Assembly: GCA_014360195.1 (NCBI GenBank)
Contig: JACIXY010000002.1
Coordinates: 5,986 to 69,985 of the forward strand
Length of the DNA stretch: 64,000 nucleotides
Source: Bacillota bacterium
Lineage (GTDB): Bacteria > Bacillota > SHA-98 > UBA4971
Direction of reading: 5' to 3'
The notes beneath the pieces were generated by a model. That model was given only the letters and a program-made list of their open reading frames with translations, ran no database searches and had not been told where the DNA came from. A program made the translations under genes and the position numbers. Every line of letters begins with the position of its first letter. Within the stretch, counting starts at the first letter, position 1. Positions 42,937 through 52,844 of this stretch are shown here, one piece after another.

Positions 42937-44627
42937 TAGCAGCCTGCGGAGAGACCGGCGGCGGCAGCCTGCGGGCAAGTGTTCGTGCCAAGGGACCCCG
43001 CTGGCGGCCCCGCGGCCACCATGGCAGCTTGCACTACCTCCTCGATTCGCTCTACGGGCACAACGAGGATGTCCTTCCTTTCGCCGAAGCTCTCCTGCCA
43101 GTTCTCGCGCGGAATTATCACCCTGCTCGCTCCCGCCAGAGCCGCAGCCTCGACCTTCGCCACGATCCCACCGACAGGTTTCACGTAGCCACGTATGGAC
43201 ACTTCACCCGTCATGGCAAGCTTGTTGTCCACAGGGATCTGAGTAATCGCGGAGTAGATGGCGGTGACAATGGCGACCCCGGCCGACGGCCCGTCCAGCG
43301 GAATGCCGCCCGGGAAGTTCACGTGGATGTCGTAGTCCTCGGGCCTGACCGAGAGGAACTTCCGCAGCACCGTGATGACGTTTTCCACGGAGCCTCTCGC
43401 CATGCTCTTGCGTCTCATTATCCGCCCTGTCTCGCCCATCTCCTCCTCATCGATGAGACCGGTCGTGATAACCTTTCCCGCGCCCCTTTCCACAGGCACC
43501 GCGGTGGCCTCGATCTCCACGAGCATCCCATTCATCGCGCCGTACACGGCAAGCCCGTTCACATACCCCACCTGGGGCGTGCGGGGCACCTTCTTGAAGG
43601 GGCGGGGTGAGTACTGGCCGGAATTCACCACCCACTCCACGTCAGCCTTGGTCACAGTCTGTCGACCCGACGTAAGCGCGGCCCCGCCCGCGATCTGAAG
43701 GATGTTCACGGCGTCGCGGCCGTTGACTGCATACTTCTTGATGACCTCGAGGGCCCCGTCCTCAAGGACGAAACCTGCCTTCTGAGCGGCGTTCGCCGCG
43801 ATGATCCCAACCTCGTCAGGGGTCAGGGCTCTGAAGAAGACCTCGATACACCTCGACCGGATTGCCGGCGGGATCTCCTCCGGGGACCTGGTGGTGGCAC
43901 CAACCAGCCGGAAATCGGCCGGCAGACCGTTCTGGAATATGTCGTGGATGTGCTGCGGGATGTTGGGGTCCTCTGAGCTGTAGTACGCGCTCTCCAGGAA
44001 GACCTTCCTGTCCTCGAGCACCTTGAGCAGCTTGTTTATCTGGACCGGGTGAAGCTCCCCGATCTCGTCGATGAACAGGATGCCGCCATGGGCCTTCGTC
44101 ACGGCACCCGGTTTGGGCTGCGGAATGCCTGCTATCCCCAGGGGACCCGCGCCCTGGTATATGGGATCGTGGACCGAGCCTATCAGGGGATCCGCTATCC
44201 CGCGATCGTCGAACCTGGAGGTCGCCCCGTCCACCTCGACGAATTTGGCCGATTGCTTGAAAGGCGAGCGAGGGTTCTTCTTGGCTTCCTCCAGCACGAC
44301 CCTTGCCGCAGCGGTCTTGCCTACACCCGGAGGGCCATACATTATGACATGCTGTGGGTTCGGCCCGCATAGCGCGGCACGCAGCGCGCGCAGGCCCTCT
44401 TCCTGCCCTATGATCTCGTTGAGCGTGGTGGGCCGGGTCTTCTCCGACAGCGGTTCCGTCAGGGATATGCTGCGCAGCTTCTGAAGCTTCTCCATCTCCT
44501 TGCGGGACTCGCGGTCGACGGCAACCCTGTTCCCCTGCTGCGTTCTGAGGAGGTTCCAGAAGTACAGCCCTATGACGATCCCAAAGAACAGGTTTATGAG
44601 CCCGAAGATGTTGCCTGCAAAGTCCAT
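42936..44627 (-). CDS. lonB: LonB (membrane-anchored Lon-family protease, sporulation-type)
   Basis: The N-terminus MDFAGNIFGLINLFFGIVIGLYFWNLL…SISLTEPLSEK closely resembles B. subtilis LonB. Walker [14 protein letters not shown]. The clpX-lonB-lonA order is as in Bacillus. Confidence 0.85.
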   Translation of the reverse strand: MDFAGNIFGLINLFFGIVIGLYFWNLLRTQQGNRVAVDRESRKEMEKLQKLRSISLTEPLSEKTRPTTLNEIIGQEEGLRALRAALCGPNPQHVIMYGPPGVGKTAAARVVLEEAKKNPRSPFKQSAKFVEVDGATSRFDDRGIADPLIGSVHDPIYQGAGPLGIAGIPQPKPGAVTKAHGGILFIDEIGELHPVQINKLLKVLEDRKVFLESAYYSSEDPNIPQHIHDIFQNGLPADFRLVGATTRSPEEIPPAIRSRCIEVFFRALTPDEVGIIAANAAQKAGFVLEDGALEVIKKYAVNGRDAVNILQIAGGAALTSGRQTVTKADVEWVVNSGQYSPRPFKKVPRTPQVGYVNGLAVYGAMNGMLVEIEATAVPVERGAGKVITTGLIDEEEMGETGRIMRRKSMARGSVENVITVLRKFLSVRPEDYDIHVNFPGGIPLDGPSAGVAIVTAIYSAITQIPVDNKLAMTGEVSIRGYVKPVGGIVAKVEAAALAGASRVIIPRENWQESFGERKDILVVPVERIEEVVQAAMVAAGPPAGSLGTNTCPQAAAAGLSAGC

Positions 44628-44780
44628 GGAAAAGCCGCCTCTGCCGTGTGGGATGGGTGTTTCTCAAGTCTATTATGTCCATGACGCCGGGGCTTAAGTG
44701 AGAGTTCACAGATCAACACGGGGAACCCAGCGCGAAGTGCCATCCCCACACGCGGCGGCGCAGCGCTGTGAGCACCGACT

Positions 44781-45010
44781 CAGTGCGGGTGCGTTAGTCC
44801 CTCTCCCTTTCCCAATAGTTGGCGGGTTGCCGGTGTTGCACTCGGAGACGGCGCCCCAAGCGGGGCGCGCTTCGCCAAAATCCGGCCCGCCGGGCAAGTG
44901 ACCGGATTTTGACAGCCCTCGTGCAAGCACCGGCAACCCAAGACCTCGGAAAACGAGAGAAACCTAATGACCTCATACTTAGGCGTGCGTAACAGGACGG
45001 GAGGCCTTCG
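44781..45010 (+). repeat. type-B (long, ~230 bp) variant of the repeat family
   Basis: It begins with the reverse complement of the type-A right terminus (AGTGCGGGTGCGTTAGTCCCTCTCCC). Then GGGTTGCCGGTGTTGCACTCGG…GCGCCCCAAGCGGGGCGC…AAAATCCGGCC…GGCCGGATTTTGACA…CGTGCAAGCACCGGCAACCC. It is about 90% identical to 49461-49650. Confidence 0.65.
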
Positions 45011-45101
45011 CCAGGCCTCCCGTTGGAATCCAGAGACAACGTCTCGCGCCAGCCAGCGGCCATCCAGCGTCCTGCTCGGCGCGATGCACCGCACTGCAGC
45101 G

Positions 45102-46367
45102 CTACGCCGTCTCCTCTCGCTTCTTCGCGCTCTTCCGCTCCTGCAACACCATAGTAGGCTTTGCGAGGCCCTCCACCACTTCCTTCGTCACAACGACCTT
45201 CTTGACGTCGCTGCGCGACGGGATCTCATACATGATGTCAAGCATGATGTTCTCCATGATGGACCGCAGCCCTCTCGCCCCGGTGTTCCGCGCTATAGCC
45301 TTCTTCGCCACAGCCACGAGGGCATCCTCGGTGATCTCAAGCTCCACGCCGTCCAGCTCGAACATCCTCTTGTACTGCTTGGCCAGGGCATTCCTGGGTT
45401 CCGTGAGTATCCTCACGAGAGCCTGCTCATCGAGGGCGTCGAGCGGAACCACAACCGGCAGCCTCCCAATGAACTCAGGGATGAGCCCGAACTTGAGAAG
45501 ATCCTCGGGCATGACCTGCCTGAGTATGTCCCCGATGTTCACGTCGATCTTCGGCCGCAGCTCAGCTCCGAAGCCAAGGGTCTTCTTCCCTATGCGATTC
45601 TGTATGATCTTCTCCAGCCCGTCGAACGCGCCTCCGCATATGAAGAGGATGTTCGTCGTGTCTATCTGGATGAACTCCTGGTGCGGGTGCTTCCGCCCGC
45701 CCTGCGGAGGAACGCTCGCAATCGTGCCTTCGAGGATCTTCAGAAGAGCCTGCTGCACGCCTTCACCGGACACGTCACGCGTGATCGACGGGTTCTCGGA
45801 CTTGCGCGCGATCTTGTCAACCTCATCGATATAGACGATGCCCTTCTCAGCTTTCTCGATGTCGTAGTCCGCCGCCTGGATCAGCCGCAGCAGGATGTTC
45901 TCGACATCCTCGCCGACATACCCGGCCTCAGTAAGCGAAGTCGCATCGGAGATGGCGAAGGGAACGTTCAGGATCTTGGCCAGGGTCTGCGCGAGCAGAG
46001 TCTTCCCGACGCCGGTGGGACCAAGGAGCAGTATGTTGCTCTTCTGGAGCTCCACGTCGTCCACGCGCACGTTCGCGCCGATACGCTTGTAGTGGTTGTA
46101 CACCGCCACGGCAAGGGTCTTTTTCGCGTCGTCCTGGCCGATGACGTACTGATCCAGGATCTCCTTGATTTCCTTGGGCTTCGGGATGTTACCCAATTCG
46201 ACATCTGCTTCTTCGCCCAGCTCTTCCTCGATGATCTCATTGCAAAGCTCGATGCACTCGTCGCAAATGTAGACGCCGGGCCCGGCTATCAGCTTCTTGA
46301 CCTGGTCCTGAGCTTTGCCGCAAAACGAGCACTTGAGCTGGCCCTTTTCATCGCCGAATTTGAACAC
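45102..46367 (-). CDS. clpX: ATP-dependent Clp protease ATP-binding subunit ClpX
   Basis: Zinc-finger CSFCGK…CDEC and Walker A GPTGVGKT. Confidence 0.9.
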   Translation of the reverse strand: MFKFGDEKGQLKCSFCGKAQDQVKKLIAGPGVYICDECIELCNEIIEEELGEEADVELGNIPKPKEIKEILDQYVIGQDDAKKTLAVAVYNHYKRIGANVRVDDVELQKSNILLLGPTGVGKTLLAQTLAKILNVPFAISDATSLTEAGYVGEDVENILLRLIQAADYDIEKAEKGIVYIDEVDKIARKSENPSITRDVSGEGVQQALLKILEGTIASVPPQGGRKHPHQEFIQIDTTNILFICGGAFDGLEKIIQNRIGKKTLGFGAELRPKIDVNIGDILRQVMPEDLLKFGLIPEFIGRLPVVVPLDALDEQALVRILTEPRNALAKQYKRMFELDGVELEITEDALVAVAKKAIARNTGARGLRSIMENIMLDIMYEIPSRSDVKKVVVTKEVVEGLAKPTMVLQERKSAKKREETA

Positions 46368-46378
46368 CCTACCACCCC

Positions 46379-46966
46379 CTACTTTTTCTTGGTTCTGAAG
46401 ATATCGTCTACGATCCCGTAAGCCTTCGCTTCCTCAGCCGACATGAAGAAGTTCCTGTCCGTGTCCGCCGCTATCTTCTCTATCGGCTGCCCTGTGTGCT
46501 TCGCCAGGATCTGTTGGGTTATCTCACGCAGCTTCACGATCTCTCTCGCCTGTATCTCAATGTCGGTAGCCTGCCCCTGGGCGCCGCCGAGAGGCTGGTG
46601 GATCATTACCCTCGAGTAAGGGAGAGCGTATCTCTTGCCCTTCGCGCCCGCCGCCAGGAGAAGCGCGCCCATGCTAGCGGCCATGCCGATACACGTGGTG
46701 GCAACATCAGGCTTGATATACTGCATCGTGTCGTATATGGCAAGCCCTGACGTCACCACACCGCCGGGGCTGTTGATATAGAGGTTGATGTCCTTGTCGG
46801 GGTCCTCGCCCTGAAGGAACAGCATCTGAGCGATGACAAGGTTCGCGACGTCATCGTCTATCGGGCCGCCGATGAAGATGATCCTGTCCTTCAGCAGCCT
46901 CGAGTATATATCGTAAGCCCGTTCCCCACGGTTTGTCTGCTCCACAACGATCGGAACAAGATTCAC
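46379..46966 (-). CDS. clpP: ATP-dependent Clp protease proteolytic subunit ClpP
   Basis: Start reset to GTG 46966 ([30 protein letters not shown]) after GGAGGAGGAG. The catalytic Ser is in GMAASMG. Confidence 0.9.
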   Translation of the reverse strand: MNLVPIVVEQTNRGERAYDIYSRLLKDRIIFIGGPIDDDVANLVIAQMLFLQGEDPDKDINLYINSPGGVVTSGLAIYDTMQYIKPDVATTCIGMAASMGALLLAAGAKGKRYALPYSRVMIHQPLGGAQGQATDIEIQAREIVKLREITQQILAKHTGQPIEKIAADTDRNFFMSAEEAKAYGIVDDIFRTKKK

Positions 46967-47016
46967 GATCAACTCCTCCTCCCTTGCATCACAATCATAT
47001 GCTGACCTTGCTGAAC

Positions 47017-48315
47017 TCACTCGCCCTTTGCGAGTTGAACCAGGCGGTCTATGGTTTTCTCTCTAACTATTGCGTCTTCTATACTGTGAATACGCCCTGT
47101 CCTTGTCAAGAGTTCCCGGACCTCGTCGGCGGTCCTGCCCTGCCTTGAGGCGATCTGGGCGATACGGGAATTTACTTCGTCGTCAGTGGCGGTAAATCCT
47201 TCCGCCTTGCTTATGGCATCGAGCACCAGGTCAGACTTGACCAGTGCCTGCGCCTCATCGCGGTAACTCTTCTTGAGCGCCTCCTCGTCCAGGCCGCACG
47301 CCTCAAGGTACCCTTCTAGCGTCATCCCCTGCTGCGCGAGACTCTCCGCGAGGTCGCGGATCATGAAGTCCACCTGTCGATCTACGAGAGGCTCGGGGAC
47401 GTCCACCTCGGCCTCCTGCGTGATTCTTTCCACGACGGTCTTCCTGTATTCCGCCTCGGCCCGGCTTTCCGCCGATTTCTGCAGACGCTCGCGGATGTCC
47501 CGCCTCATTGCGTCCAGGCTGTCGTACCCGCCGACGGCCTTCGCGAACTCGTCATTCACGTCGGGCAGCTTCCTCACACGGATCTCCTTCACCACCACGC
47601 GCGCCCGGGCGGGTTTTCCCGCAAGACTCTTCTCTGGATAGGTCTCCGGCACGGTGGTTTCGATGGTTTTCTCTTCGCCCGGCTTCAGCCCGATAAGGCC
47701 CTCGCCCAAGCCGGGAAGATCCTGCTTCGCAGCAGCCTCTATGACGAGGTCCTTGCCGCCGCCCCTGACCTCAAGGGGCTTGCCGTCGGAGGTGAGCTCA
47801 AGGTCCACTGTGACCAGGTCCCCCGCCTGCACGGTGTCGTGGTCGGCAGGCTCAGCCGTGGCCCGGTTCCGCCGCAGGACTTCGATGTAGCGGTCCACCT
47901 CGTCGTCGCCGACCTCGGGAGCCGTCTTCTCCACCCTGATCGCACGGTAATCCGGGAGCTTGACTTCGGGCCTTACGAGAACCTTCGCCTTGAACCTGAG
48001 CGGCTTTCCCTCCTCGATCTGCTCTATATCGAAGTCGGGTTCGTCCACGGGGTCGATGCCTGTCTCTTTCACGGCCTCCATGTATACGTGAGGCACGAGG
48101 CGCTTCAGCGCGTCCTCATAGAGCGCTCCCTTGCCGAGCCTCATCTCAAGGATCTGGCGCGGGACCTTGCCCTTTCGGAAACCGGGCACCGTCACACGCT
48201 GGGCGAGCCTGCGATAACTCTCGTCGAGGGCCCGGCTGACCTGGGCCTCGTCCACTTCGATATCCAGATGAGCGAAGTTCCCCTCTATTCTCTCCACCGC
48301 AGCCTTCACCATATT
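47017..48315 (-). CDS. tig: trigger factor
   Basis: The start is taken as the canonical [20 protein letters not shown]. An upstream TTG with AGGAGGGAGG would add 14 aa. An FKBP-type PPIase domain is present. Confidence 0.8.
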   Translation of the reverse strand, partial: NMVKAAVERIEGNFAHLDIEVDEAQVSRALDESYRRLAQRVTVPGFRKGKVPRQILEMRLGKGALYEDALKRLVPHVYMEAVKETGIDPVDEPDFDIEQIEEGKPLRFKAKVLVRPEVKLPDYRAIRVEKTAPEVGDDEVDRYIEVLRRNRATAEPADHDTVQAGDLVTVDLELTSDGKPLEVRGGGKDLVIEAAAKQDLPGLGEGLIGLKPGEEKTIETTVPETYPEKSLAGKPARARVVVKEIRVRKLPDVNDEFAKAVGGYDSLDAMRRDIRERLQKSAESRAEAEYRKTVVERITQEAEVDVPEPLVDRQVDFMIRDLAESLAQQGMTLEGYLEACGLDEEALKKSYRDEAQALVKSDLVLDAISKAEGFTATDDEVNSRIAQIASRQGRTADEVRELLTRTGRIHSIEDAIVREKTIDRLVQLAKGE

Positions 48316-48649
48316 CGCCGCCGCGAAGCCACAGGGTCTTGTCGCCCCGGGCAAATGGCAGCCTCCCTCCTCCTGATTTTCCTTTTCGTCCGCATTCCTC
48401 CGCACATCGATGTTACTATTCGAATGCCGGCTGGAGCAGCCTTGGGCAGCGCGGGTGCCTCACCGGCCGGGGCTGCGTCGGGCCCCTCCTTCGGCGAAAG
48501 CCTTTACACTTGCATGACTATTCTATCGCGATCACGGCTCGACGCAACGCACAAAAACAATACCTCGGTAGGCGCCGATCCAGCGACTGCCGAGGCAGCG
48601 TCGTTCAAACCCTTCGGCCCATCGTATTCTAACATGCGTGCAGGACGTT

Positions 48650-48770
48650 GTAAAGCCGAACGCGGCGGCCGACTCCGCCTGGGCGAGGATCTTGCCTGTC
48701 CCGACGGGCGAGTGGAGCACCGCGCGTCCGGGTTTTCCTGGTGGCATCAGCGAGGCTGGTGCGCGGTGAG
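48650..48770 (-). pseudogene. remnant of the 5' end of a second copy of the UvrD-family helicase gene (Walker A region), with an internal deletion
   Basis: Nucleotide homology to 52295-52365 and to 52636-52680. The encoded AVLHSPVGTGKILAQAESAAAF matches AVLHAPVGTGKTLALAERAAEAI of the intact gene. The deletion junction sits at the shared motif CACCGCGC / CACGGCGC. Confidence 0.45.
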
Positions 48771-48854
48771 ATATCTCTTGGGGAAGTCGTCTGTGGCAGG
48801 AGGATATCGGGCGGCGGTGGCGTAATAGTCTTTTGAGAGGAAATATGCTCTGAG

Positions 48855-48883
48855 TGACAGAACATACAGGCAATCACTGTAAT
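48855..48883 (+). promoter_or_regulatory. candidate sigma-A promoter, TGACAG-17-TGTAAT, in a locally AT-richer stretch
   Basis: -35 gTGACAg and -10 TGTAAT with a 17-bp spacer, about 160 nt upstream of the small membrane-protein ORF. Confidence 0.3.
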
Positions 48884-49041
48884 TAGAGCAGCGTGGACGC
48901 GATGATCACGGCCCTGTAAGCGGTTGCTTGGGGCTGTGGGAGCAAGTAGCGAGACCGGCCACGCATCTGTCCAGGTGCGTGTCCCGGTCCTTTTGTCTCT
49001 ACAGGTCCGCAAGCAGATAAGCGGAGCCGGGGTGAGATGAG

Positions 49042-49185
49042 ATGGAACTTGTTCGAAGGGCAAAGCGCTGGTGGCGCAGGCAGCTCATAATCAACCCGGG
49101 TCGCGTCGATTCCTGGCTCGTGGGCCTCTTCGGCATTCTTGCAACAGTCATCATCGTAGCAGTTCTCGTGCGCTTTATCGGATAG
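49042..49185 (+). CDS. 47-aa small membrane protein (basic N-terminus plus one TM helix), hypothetical; below the ORF-track size cutoff
   Basis: ATG after GGGGTGAG. Encodes MELVRRAKRWWRRQLIINPGRVDSWLVGLFGILATVIIVAVLVRFIG. Confidence 0.35.
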   Translation: MELVRRAKRWWRRQLIINPGRVDSWLVGLFGILATVIIVAVLVRFIG

Positions 49186-49460
49186 CCATCCTTTACTGCA
49201 CTGTAGCCTCATCCAGCCTTCGACGATACGTTGAGGCCGCACAGAATCTTCGGCTCCCGAACGAATTGGGGCTTTCTTTGTCGTGTACGCAGCCCAGTCG
49301 AAGAGGCAAGGCCCAGGGCAGGTATGGGTGACGACAGCAGCTGGCTTCATCCCAAGGTGTCCGACAGTTCCAGTCGGACGTGGGTATCGCGGCACCTCTC
49401 CCGGTGCACCTAAGTAGATCGCCACAAGTAATCGCCGGTTTCAGAGAGCACACGTGCCGT

Positions 49461-49650
49461 GCAGGGTTGCCGGTGTTGCACTCGGGGACGGCGCCCCAAG
49501 CGGGGCGCGCTTCGCCAAAATCCGGCCCGTCTGGCTAGGCAGCCGGATTTTGACACCCCTCGTGCAATCACCGGCAACCCAAGACCTCGGAAAACGGAGA
49601 AAACTAGTGACCTCATACTTAGACGGGCTTGCGGAACGGCTCGTGCTCTG
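49461..49650 (+). repeat. type-B repeat copy immediately 3' of the helicase-exonuclease gene
   Basis: CAGGGTTGCCGGTGTTGCACTCGGGGACGGCGCCCCAAGCGGGGCGCGCTTCGCCAAAATCCGGCC…CCGGATTTTGACACCCCTCGTGCAATCACCGGCAACCCAAGACCTCGGAAAACGGAGAAAACTAGTGACCTCATACTTAG. Confidence 0.65.
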
Positions 49651-49821
49651 AAGCCGGCGAGTTCCGTCTGCAAGACTCGTGCCAGCTGGCGTGGCGCTGG
49701 CTTTCACGTTGCCGGACACGACCGCCCACTCCTTGCACCGGGTATTCAGCATGGTCGCCCGGCCTCGAGAGGCCGCGCGCCTAACCGTGGGATGAATGAT
49801 GAATATGGGATCAGCGCGGGA

Positions 49822-52497
49822 TCACCGCGCGTGGCCCGGCAGGCTACGAATCCACCTCGAGATATCTGTTGAACCTTCCTCTCGCCACGCCTTGTCCATC
49901 GCGGCGAGGGATGCAAAGTAGGGGCTGGGTCCGCGGAGTCTTCCATTGTTGGTCTTATGCCCGCTCAGGAAGAGCGCTCTCCTTGCCCTGGTTATCGCGA
50001 CGTAAAACACCCGGCGCTCCTCTGCCTCCTTGTTCTCCCGCACCGCGGGGTATGAGGGGAACTCGTACTCCGATAGACCGGCCACGAACACGATGTCGAA
50101 CTCAAGCCCCTTCGCCTGATGCACGGTGAGCACCCGCACGCGCTCATCATCCGGGTCCAGGCGGTCCACGTTCCTCGCGAGGGCCACGAAGCCAAGGATC
50201 GACTCGAGGCAGGACAGGGCGTCGAGCTCAGCGGAATCGCGGTCCTTGAAGACCCGGCAAAGCTCCTCGAGGTTCGCCAGGCGCCGCGCGCTCTGAGGAT
50301 CCTTGCTGTAATAGACTCGCAGGCCCGATCTGTCGAGCACCCGGTCCAGCAACTCAGGGGGTCGCAGCTGACCCAGATCCTTGCGCAGTTCAGCCACCTC
50401 CTGCGCCAGAGGGGCGAACGCGGCGGCTGAGTCCCGCACCACGCGCGCCCTCTCGGCGGCCGTCGCACTCACGAGCGGCGCGAGGCGAGCGATCAGGCCG
50501 CAGGTTGCCGCAACGTCGTCCGGCGCCCGGTGCGTGGGCCAAGTCGCCAGATCGAACCTCCGTGCCAGCGCTTCGAGGGAGAAGTCATCCCCGTCCAGGA
50601 ACCGCCGGGCCATCTCGAGGGTATCCACGTATTCAGGGACGTCCACCCGGACCCCCAGGCGCCGCCCGTACGCCGCCAGCATGCGCGCGTCGAAGCTCAC
50701 ATTGTGGCCGGCGAGCAAGCTGCCCGACGCGAAGCGGCCGAACTCCTCCAGCACACGTCGCGGCTCCTCGCCGTTTGCGTCGAGGAACGAATCGGCGAGA
50801 CCATGGATCCTTTCGGACTCCCCCACGCTCACCGTGTTGCGCAGATAACGGTGGAACCGCTCGGTCGGCTTGCCCCGTTCGAGGCGGACAGCCGCCAGCT
50901 CCACGATCTCGTCCACGCCCGGATTGAGCCCGGTGGTCTCCGTGTCGAACACCGTGATGGCGCCGTCCCTGAGCGCGTCGAGAAACCTCCCGAAAGGGTC
51001 TCCCGTCGCGCGAGTCGACGGAGCCACCATGTCCACGAGGCGCAGGCCAAGCCGCTCTGCGCCGAGGATCCGGGAAATGGTCCGGTCGCCTATGTTGCGC
51101 GGCGGGCGCTGCAGGATGCGCCGGAAGCTCCGGCAGTCCGCAGGGCTGCACAGGAACCGCAGGTATGCTATAACATCCTTGACCTCTTGACGTCGGAAGA
51201 ACTCGTACGTCTCTACAGTGAGGTGAGGGATGCCTTCCTCTTCAAACGCTTTCGAGATAGCGGCTCCCCGAGTGTTGGTGCGGGTGAGCACACCTATGCG
51301 GCCGTATGGGACACGGCCGACGCCGCGGCCCGCCCCGTCGTTTACGAGATTCCGAATCTTGCGCGCGATCCAACGCGCCTCAGCCTCGCTGTCGCGCGCG
51401 AAATGGACGGTCACAGGGTCGCCAGGCTCCGCCGCGGGACCCGGTCGCAGCGTAGTGTGCCGGCTGTACTGCCGTGCGACGCACCCCGCGAGATGCACGA
51501 GTACACGCGTGGCGCGGTGGTTTTCGGTGAACGAAAACTCCCGGGCGCCCGGAAAGTCCATGCGGAAGCTGCGCAGCACCTTCTCAGGTACGGACCCCCG
51601 CCATTCGTAGATGGTCTGGTCGAAATCGCCTGCAAGAACGAGGTTCTTGGAACGTCGAGCCAACGCCCGCACGATCTCGTATTCCGAGAAGTGAGTGTCC
51701 TGCATCTCGTCCACCTGGACCATGGAGAAGCGCTCCTCCCAGCGGCCGCGGATAGCGGGATCGAGCGCCAGCATCGCGCGGGTGAAGTAGATGAGATCGC
51801 CGAAGTCGAGGGCATGGTTGGAGGCAAGCTCGCGCTGGTACGCAACGGCGAGCCCACGGTAGCCCGGGAGGAGGCGCCCGAGGACCTTGTCGGACACCGT
51901 CCTCATCGAGAGCGCCGTGTGAGGCGCCTCGCTTTTGGCCCGTTCAATGCTATCATAGAGATCGGACACCTTAGGCTCGCGGTCGAAGCGTCTTTGCAGT
52001 GCGGGGGCGGCCTGGACCGGGCCTCGCCCCCAGGGAGCGGCGGCGTCCCCGGCCCGTCTGAGGATGGAGCGCAGGATCTCGGTGGAGTCCTCGTCATCGA
52101 AGATGGTGAAGTCCGAGGGAAGCCCGATTTGTTTTGCCTCCAGCCGAAGCATCCATGCGCACAACCCGTGAAAGGTGCGGACCACGACCTTCCTCGCCCG
52201 GTCGCCGCAATGGACGGCGATGCGCTGCCGTAGCTCCTCCGCGGCGCGGTTCGTGAACGTCAGGCAGAGGATACGCGACGGCTCCACCCCACGCCGGATC
52301 GCCTCGGCCGCCCGCTCCGCCAGCGCAAGGGTCTTGCCTGTTCCGACGGGAGCGTGGAGCACCGCGCAGCCCTCCTGAAACTCGACAAAGCTGCGCTGTT
52401 CATCGTCAAGCTCGATGTCTCCTGGCCCGCTACGCCCTGCTGCCGCGGCCGCTGCACCTCTCGCCAGACCCCTCTCGGGCACCCCTTGACCCGTCAC
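49822..52497 (-). CDS. UvrD/PcrA-family SF1 helicase with a DnaQ-like (DEDDh) 3'-5' exonuclease domain embedded between helicase motifs IV and V
   Basis: 891 aa from GTG 52497 after GGAGGTGG. Helicase motifs: I APVGTGKT, II VDEMQDT, III LVLAGDFDQTIYEWRG, V TVHQAKGLEFDIVFV, VI VFYVAITRARRAL. Exonuclease motifs lie between: FDTETTGL (Exo I), HNVSFDARML (Exo II), HRAPDDVAAT (Exo III with His). Confidence 0.8.
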   Translation of the reverse strand: MTGQGVPERGLARGAAAAAAGRSGPGDIELDDEQRSFVEFQEGCAVLHAPVGTGKTLALAERAAEAIRRGVEPSRILCLTFTNRAAEELRQRIAVHCGDRARKVVVRTFHGLCAWMLRLEAKQIGLPSDFTIFDDEDSTEILRSILRRAGDAAAPWGRGPVQAAPALQRRFDREPKVSDLYDSIERAKSEAPHTALSMRTVSDKVLGRLLPGYRGLAVAYQRELASNHALDFGDLIYFTRAMLALDPAIRGRWEERFSMVQVDEMQDTHFSEYEIVRALARRSKNLVLAGDFDQTIYEWRGSVPEKVLRSFRMDFPGAREFSFTENHRATRVLVHLAGCVARQYSRHTTLRPGPAAEPGDPVTVHFARDSEAEARWIARKIRNLVNDGAGRGVGRVPYGRIGVLTRTNTRGAAISKAFEEEGIPHLTVETYEFFRRQEVKDVIAYLRFLCSPADCRSFRRILQRPPRNIGDRTISRILGAERLGLRLVDMVAPSTRATGDPFGRFLDALRDGAITVFDTETTGLNPGVDEIVELAAVRLERGKPTERFHRYLRNTVSVGESERIHGLADSFLDANGEEPRRVLEEFGRFASGSLLAGHNVSFDARMLAAYGRRLGVRVDVPEYVDTLEMARRFLDGDDFSLEALARRFDLATWPTHRAPDDVAATCGLIARLAPLVSATAAERARVVRDSAAAFAPLAQEVAELRKDLGQLRPPELLDRVLDRSGLRVYYSKDPQSARRLANLEELCRVFKDRDSAELDALSCLESILGFVALARNVDRLDPDDERVRVLTVHQAKGLEFDIVFVAGLSEYEFPSYPAVRENKEAEERRVFYVAITRARRALFLSGHKTNNGRLRGPSPYFASLAAMDKAWREEGSTDISRWIRSLPGHAR

Positions 52498-52758
52498 CTG
52501 TCAGTGCCACCTCCGGCATGCCCCGGCCATGGTTGAAGCCGGGGCCCATCCCATCAGCGGAAATTGGCTTTGGTGGATAACTTCGACGGACCCTGGAGCT
52601 ATCCTTCCATGGCAGGAGGAATCTGTCTATGACGCACGGCGCGTCCGGGGCTTCGTGGTGGCATCGGCGAGGCTGGTGGTGGGTGTATCTGCATATCTTC
52701 CAACGGGGCAGGCCCCACCCCTGCAGCCCACTGTGTTCTGAGATTAGCTTCTAGCTGC

Positions 52759-52806
52759 ATGAAAAGGAAAATGGACAACGGTTGGACAATACCAGCCGTT
52801 GTCCAT
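52759..52806 (-). terminator. rho-independent terminator downstream of tRNA-His
   Basis: 11-bp stem ATGGACAACGG / CCGTTGTCCAT followed on the minus strand by TTTCCTTTTCAT. Confidence 0.5.
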
Positions 52807-52844
52807 TTGCGTTTTCCCAGCGTACAGGCCGTATAATAATAAGA

